DNA of 57,190 nucleotides, the filler included, from Basidiobolus ranarum (Eukaryota), in the NCBI GenBank assembly GCA_040143965.1. It is 3 parts of 3 records of this genome, joined end to end, with 100 filler letters (N's around TTAATTAATTAA, not from the genome) between each part and the next. Parts side by side here need not be neighbours in the genome. Positions count along the whole stretch, not along the records: positions 38,222 to 57,190 come from JASJQH010007137.1; 2 more parts are not named here. One strand, written 5' to 3'. The notes below the pieces were generated by a model that was given only the letters and a program-made list of their open reading frames with translations, was not told the DNA's origin and did no database searches. Within the stretch, counting starts at the first letter, position 1, and every line of letters starts with the position of its first letter. This document shows, in pieces, positions 51,443 to 57,190 of this stretch. A program made the translations under genes and the position numbers.

Positions 51443-53464
51443 ATGTCACCACTTCTGGTATCCACTGAAATAACTACTCTCATTATTTCGTATCTTGAGT
51501 ATGAAAAGCATACACTTCATTCCTTGCTTACAGTCAACAAGATGTGTTTCAACGCAGCTATACCTATTCTGTACAAGAATCCTTTTCGTTCGTGCTTTTG
51601 GAAGGACACTTCGGAAGGCAGAAAACGAGAGGTGCTATACCTTCTCTTAGCTTCTTCGTGTCTTCTATCTAAACTAACAAAATTCACGACAAAATTGTCG
51701 GATTGGGCCTCAACAGAATGGGACCTTCCAACAGCTCCATTTACAGTGAACTATCTAAACTATTACACTGAAATTAACTATTCGGAATGGGCACGTATTA
51801 ATAACGAACAATATTCCTACGTAACAAGGAATTTTAACTTTAGAGTGGACCAAACCATCAGCTTCTTATTTTGCGAACATAACGTAAAGAAGCTAAAATG
51901 TGTATGTTTGCCGATATTAGACATGAAGCCTTACTTGTCATTGGCTTCAAGAATGCCTTATTTACAACGGCTGGAATATTGTAGGTTGCATAAAGATCAG
52001 ACTACGGCTACCTATAACCAAGATATCTTAGCAATACAAGATGCGACTGAGTTTGTCAAAATTCATGTGGAGACTTTTGGCGACACCTTAACCGAGATCA
52101 AGATTCCAGAATTAAGTGACCTGAAATGTGATGGAAATCAGCTAGGTAAACAAATCTGGGATATAATCAAACTCCTGAAACGACCTAGCGTAATTGAAGT
52201 GGATGACTCCTATGACTTTTGCCAATACATTCAAGGGCCAATTGTTGATCATCTACGAGTCTTTAGGGGTTCACTCATGAGAGATAGAGGAGAAATACCT
52301 TACTGGGACTCCGCATCTTTATTTCGACGTTGTACTAAATTAGAGAAAGTCAGTTTCTGTCCGTCTGGGTTAGACAGTTTCAAGTGGGCAGTGAAGAAGC
52401 GTGCCTTACTTTTAAACTCTGATTGCTCTGTAACCAGTACGTCAGAGGTCAAACTACCACCACTTCAAGAAGTGTACATGGTATGTAAGAATTTCGCTGC
52501 TCTTCGTATTGTCGAGGATATCATCTATGCTTTCCGGAATACAATCAGAAAAATTACTGTGGTGGATAAACATTATGTGTTCAGTCCTACACCTCTCAGC
52601 TGGGATTGGTTATTACCTAACCTTGTAAAGATCCATATGATTATTGTAGATTTGACATTGTTTGACCTTGAATCACTCAACCTGTGCCCGTCTTTGGAAG
52701 AACTCTGCATAACCACCAGGTGTAGGAGGGATGACACTGTAGCTGAATTTGGCCCAATTCTTAGGCTACCGAATCTTCGAAGTCTCACGTTGCTTAACAG
52801 AATATCTCACGAATTCAATTTTGGCTCTCTCGAATACTCACCACTATTAGAAACTATCATGTTATGGGATACCAGCGCATCTCTTCCTACCCGGCCATCC
52901 GACTCACCTTGCTGGACATGGACCTGGGACTGGAAGTTGCCACACTTAAAAGAGTTGAAACTGAATGGAGAATCAGCTGCCCTCTTTCAATTTCGTTTAT
53001 TGGATTCATGCCCATTACTGGAAAAGATTTTCCTCGATACTATAGAGTACCATCGAACATTATCCTTGAATGAAATGCTCGGAACAAATTTATCCAGTGA
53101 AGGCATGCTGAAAATAGTACCAAGAAATGAAATCAGCCGTAAGTGCAAAGAGTTCTACCTTACAGGATATGAAATTTCTGGAGAAACATTGTTTGCTCTT
53201 TTGCAACGGTACCTAGCGGATGTGACGGAAATTCATCTTCTAGAATTAGATGGATTAACCAGCACCGATGTCATAAATGCAACTCAAAAACTGCCTCATA
53301 TTCGATACGTACACTCTACGTTAACTTTGACGGATGCGGATATTCAACAAAATGAGATGTATTTATTGGAATGTAGGAAGCACGGCAAAGTGTGGAGGTG
53401 TGGATCTGTGAATTATATTATGAGAAATTCACCCAACCAAGCTAGAGTTAGAGTTATAAAATAG
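51443..53464 (+). CDS. F-box-like / LRR protein, copy 4 (673 aa)
   Basis: Intact ORF colinear with copies 1-3. Confidence 0.85.
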   Translation: MSPLLVSTEITTLIISYLEYEKHTLHSLLTVNKMCFNAAIPILYKNPFRSCFWKDTSEGRKREVLYLLLASSCLLSKLTKFTTKLSDWASTEWDLPTAPFTVNYLNYYTEINYSEWARINNEQYSYVTRNFNFRVDQTISFLFCEHNVKKLKCVCLPILDMKPYLSLASRMPYLQRLEYCRLHKDQTTATYNQDILAIQDATEFVKIHVETFGDTLTEIKIPELSDLKCDGNQLGKQIWDIIKLLKRPSVIEVDDSYDFCQYIQGPIVDHLRVFRGSLMRDRGEIPYWDSASLFRRCTKLEKVSFCPSGLDSFKWAVKKRALLLNSDCSVTSTSEVKLPPLQEVYMVCKNFAALRIVEDIIYAFRNTIRKITVVDKHYVFSPTPLSWDWLLPNLVKIHMIIVDLTLFDLESLNLCPSLEELCITTRCRRDDTVAEFGPILRLPNLRSLTLLNRISHEFNFGSLEYSPLLETIMLWDTSASLPTRPSDSPCWTWTWDWKLPHLKELKLNGESAALFQFRLLDSCPLLEKIFLDTIEYHRTLSLNEMLGTNLSSEGMLKIVPRNEISRKCKEFYLTGYEISGETLFALLQRYLADVTEIHLLELDGLTSTDVINATQKLPHIRYVHSTLTLTDADIQQNEMYLLECRKHGKVWRCGSVNYIMRNSPNQARVRVIK

Positions 53465-53964
53465 AGGTCTTCGTGTAGATCTAAAGTTTTCAATTTTTAA
53501 CGTCAAATAGAAGAATAGTTATGAAACAAATGTCTTCGTATGCTTCTAAAGTATTTCATTGTTACCTATCCACTGTATAAACTCTGTATCGCACATATAT
53601 AAATATGATGACATTGCCTGGGAATACAAAGAGCTGGGTACAAACTCTGAAGTTCTTTGATAAGTTTTCTGTATAGATATACTGAAGCTTTGTGATTCCC
53701 TTGCTTTTTGTGATGTTACATATATTTGTATGCAGTACTGTAAGTAAATGACTTTTGAATCTATTATTTTTTTGCAACTCAATTGTACTTAATTGGCTTT
53801 ATGTTCCTTTACTGTTTAAGATAGGCCGCATTCTGTGTGTTATAGTTCTACTACTATACTATAGTATAATTTTATACCAATCAGAGTGAGATTAATTGAC
53901 TGTTTTAATATTCCAAAATGATTTCTGTGACGGCCTTAATGACTAACTGAGGTAAATATTGATA

Positions 53965-54410
53965 TCGTGACTTGGATTTGTACAATCGGCAGTTGCTCTT
54001 AATATCGTTATTCTTGTGACCGTGTCTATCGGCGGTAGTACTTTAGACGAATCCAACCCAGTGCTCAGGCTACCAAATATTTGAAGGCTCATTATGTTAG
54101 GCAGGATATCTTACAGATCCAACTTTGCCTCTCTCCAATAATCACCAGTACTAGAAACTCTTATATTCTTCGAAACACGCTCATCTCTTCCGATACTGTC
54201 ACCCGACTCACTTTGCTGGACTTGGACCTAGGGTTGAGAGTTACCGGGCTTAAAGTAATTGACACTAACTGACAAAGCAATATTCACTTTCCATCCCGTT
54301 TATTGGACTTGTGTCCATTACCAGAATAACTTAATTTCAACATTGGAGAGTACCATCGAATATCGTTCTTGGATGAGGTACGCGGAACTGATTTGCTTTC
54401 TGAAAGCATG
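53965..54410 (+). pseudogene. F-box/LRR pseudogene fragment, duplicate of 49770-50220
   Basis: Shares frameshifted sequence with the 49.8 kb fragment, followed by a deletion of the C-terminal part. Confidence 0.85.
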
Positions 54411-55234
54411 AACATAGTATTATAAGATATTTACCGAACTAAAATTATGCAAGAGTTAAGAAATATGGATCTTTATATATTTAAAGGCTTCATTACTACT
54501 TATATACCATGTAAACTTTATATCACATTTATATTTAATATATGACACATTGTGTGAAACTCAAGCTCATAAGGTCGTTTATACTATTATGCGTTTTCTG
54601 CATAGATATAATAAGGTCTTTTGATAATTGTCGCCCTACCTGGAATATACTGAAGCAGATTCTCTCACTAGATGGCTGTGATACAGTAGAACTTATGCCC
54701 TAACGTAGGGAATCAAATTATTGTTTTGATGCCACATGGGAATTTCATGATTTACAAACACGTAGTCGGGTGGCTTAGAAAGAAGTATGGATAACCATTA
54801 GTAAAGTGAATTGAAGAAAAAGAAAGGAGCTAATCATTGGGAGGGGGACGAGTTGTGCTTATTACTTGCATATTATACAGATAATAATAATCTAGGGAAT
54901 AAGAGAGAGGTTAGGTAACAAGTCCACTTCAATGTCACAATAATTGTGGTTTACAAGACCACGCTTAAGACAATTAAGTGACTAGGTAAGTGAATGACAA
55001 GTAAATATTTTATTGCTTGGAAAATATGTTGACCTTTCAGTTTTGTAGCAATTCTTGATAGTAGCCAAAATCAGGATACAGGCCAAGTCACGGGGATACT
55101 ACTGCGGCATTGCATGTATTACAGATTTATCAACACAAAAGATTTCTAAAATATAAATATACTTCTGCTGCAATAACGCTATATCCTGACCACTCTCCAT
55201 ATTCCTTGCTTTCAGCTTTAAATTTGCTCTGAAA

Positions 55235-57190
55235 ATGTCACCACTTCAGGTATCCACTGAAATAACTACTCTCATTATTTCGTATCTTGAGTATGAAAAG
55301 CATACACTTCATTCCTTGCTTACAGTCAACAAGATGTGTTTCAACGCAGCTATACCTATTCTGTACAAGAATCCTTTTCGTTCGTGCTTTTGGAAGGACA
55401 CTTCGGAAGGCAGGAAACGAGAGGTGCTATACCTTCTCTTAGCTTCTTCGTATCTTCTATCTAAACTAACAAAATTCACGACAAAATTGTCGGATTGGGC
55501 CTCAACAGAATGGGATCCTCCAACAGCTCCATTTACAGTGAACTATCTAAACTATTACACTGAAATTAACTATTCGGAATGGGCACGTATTAATAACGAA
55601 CAATATTCCTACGTAACAAGGAATTTTAACTTTAGAGTGGACCAAACCATCAGCTTCTTATTTTGCGAACATAATGCAAAGAAGCTAAAATGTGTATGTT
55701 TGCCGATATTAGACATGAAGCCTTACTTGTCATTGGCTTCAAGAATGCCTTATTTACAACGGCTGGAATATTGTAGGTTGCATAAAGATCAGACTACGGC
55801 TACCTATAACCAAAATATCTTAGCAATACAAGATGCGACTGAGTTTGTCAAAATTCATGTGGAGACTTTTGGCGACACCTTAACCGAGATCAAGATTCCA
55901 GAATTAAGTGACCTGAAATGTGATGGAAATCAGCTAGGTAAACAAATCTGGGATATAATCAAACTCCTGAAACGACCTAGCGTAATTGAAGTGGATGACT
56001 CCTATGACTTTTGCCAATACATTCAAGGACCAATTGCTGATCATCTCCGAGTTTTTAGAGGCCCACTCATGAGAGATAAAGGAGGAATACCAAACTGGGA
56101 CTCCGCATCTTTATTTCAGCGTAGTCCCAAATTAGAGAAAGTCAGTTTCTGTCCGTCTGGGCCAGACAGTTTCAAGTGGGCAGTGAAGAAGCGCGCTTTA
56201 CTTTTGGACTCTGACTGCTCTTCAAGCAGTACATCAGAGATCAAACTACCACCCCTTCAAGAGGTGTACGTGGTATGTAAGAATTTTGCTGCTCTTCGTA
56301 TTGTCGAGGATATCATCTATGCTTTCCAGAATACAATCAGAAAAATTATTGTGGTAGATACACATTACATTGAGTTCAGTCCTACACCTCTCAGCTGGGA
56401 TTGGTTATTACCTAACCTTGTAAAGATCCATATGATTTTTGTAGATTTGACAATGTTTGACCTTGAATCACTCAACTTGTGTCCATCTTTGGAAGAGCTC
56501 AGTTTAATCGACGTGTATGAAGAAGGTAGTAGCGACCCTGTAACCGAATTTGGCCCAGTGCTGAGGCTATCAAATCTTCGAAGTCTCACGTTGCTAAATA
56601 GAATATCTCACAAATTCAATCTTGGCTCTCTCAAATACTCACCACTATTAGAAAGTATCCTGCTTCTCGAAACAGGCTCGTCTCTTCCGATACGACCATC
56701 CGACTCACCTTGCTGGACATGGACCTGGGACTGGAAATTGCCACGTTTAAAGAAGTTGACACTGAATGGAGAATCAGCTGCCCTCTTTCAATTCTGCTTA
56801 TTGGATTCATGTCCACTACTGGAAAAGCTTTGCCTCAGCATTAGAGAGTACCATCGAACATTATCCTTGAATGAAATGCTCGGAATAAAATTATCTACTG
56901 AAGGCGTGATGCAAGTATTACCAAGAAATGAAATCAGCCGTAAGTGCAAAAAGTTCTACCTCACGGGATATGAAATCTCTGGAGAAACATTGTTTGCTCT
57001 TTTGCAACGGTACCTAGCGAATGTGACGGAAATTCATCTTTTTGAGTTAGAAGGATTAACCAGCACAGATATCATAAACGCAACTCAAAAACTGCCTCAT
57101 ATTCGATACGTTCACTCTACGTCACCTTTGATGGATATGGATATTCGACAAAATGAGATATATTCGGTGGAATGTAAGGATCATGGCAAA
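55235..57190 (+). CDS. F-box-like / LRR protein, copy 5 (open to the window end; missing from the ORF track)
   Basis: ATG at 55235 (MSPLQVSTEI). The 1956 nt equal 652 codons and are still in frame at the end (..VECKDHGK). The ORF track reports no closed ORF in this frame. Confidence 0.85.
   Translation, partial: MSPLQVSTEITTLIISYLEYEKHTLHSLLTVNKMCFNAAIPILYKNPFRSCFWKDTSEGRKREVLYLLLASSYLLSKLTKFTTKLSDWASTEWDPPTAPFTVNYLNYYTEINYSEWARINNEQYSYVTRNFNFRVDQTISFLFCEHNAKKLKCVCLPILDMKPYLSLASRMPYLQRLEYCRLHKDQTTATYNQNILAIQDATEFVKIHVETFGDTLTEIKIPELSDLKCDGNQLGKQIWDIIKLLKRPSVIEVDDSYDFCQYIQGPIADHLRVFRGPLMRDKGGIPNWDSASLFQRSPKLEKVSFCPSGPDSFKWAVKKRALLLDSDCSSSSTSEIKLPPLQEVYVVCKNFAALRIVEDIIYAFQNTIRKIIVVDTHYIEFSPTPLSWDWLLPNLVKIHMIFVDLTMFDLESLNLCPSLEELSLIDVYEEGSSDPVTEFGPVLRLSNLRSLTLLNRISHKFNLGSLKYSPLLESILLLETGSSLPIRPSDSPCWTWTWDWKLPRLKKLTLNGESAALFQFCLLDSCPLLEKLCLSIREYHRTLSLNEMLGIKLSTEGVMQVLPRNEISRKCKKFYLTGYEISGETLFALLQRYLANVTEIHLFELEGLTSTDIINATQKLPHIRYVHSTSPLMDMDIRQNEIYSVECKDHGK

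Noticed and set aside
39307-56816. Recurrent antisense and alternate-frame ORFs over the F-box/LRR genes
   Set aside because: They are shadows of the conserved sense frame. Lengths vary between copies and there is no independent coding signal.
4569-57190. CAND1 (SCF receptor exchange factor) in the same window as an F-box array, suggesting a functional cluster
   Set aside because: They lie on different contigs separated by synthetic linkers, so co-occurrence is an artefact of concatenation.

Overview
Eukaryotic DNA, most likely from an early-diverging fungus (inferred from short GT-AG introns, two Chs7 genes and an expanded F-box/LRR family). The window is not one locus. It is three ~19 kb contigs of decreasing length (19029, 18992, 18969 bp) joined by artificial N44-TTAATTAATTAA-N44 linkers. 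Contig 1 (1-19029) carries two convergent Chs7 paralogues, CAND1, a class II histone deacetylase (Hda1/Clr3-like) with micro-exons and an Asp->Asn change at a Zn ligand, and an unknown membrane protein. It ends in a CpG-depleted tail containing a decayed D5-type (viral/plasmid) primase-helicase beside a possible integrase remnant. Contig 2 (19130-38121) is a nearly CpG-free transposon graveyard: nested Ty1/Copia elements, a solo LTR, a 182-bp MITE, CACTA-like remnants and a ~500-codon ORF broken by one TGA. Contig 3 (38222-57190) is a tandem array of five intronless F-box-like/LRR genes plus many fragments. It shows hypervariable LRR patches, mosaic copies and a shared upstream module, and is the best candidate for a diversifying recognition system. 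All calls are by eye from motifs; no searches were run.
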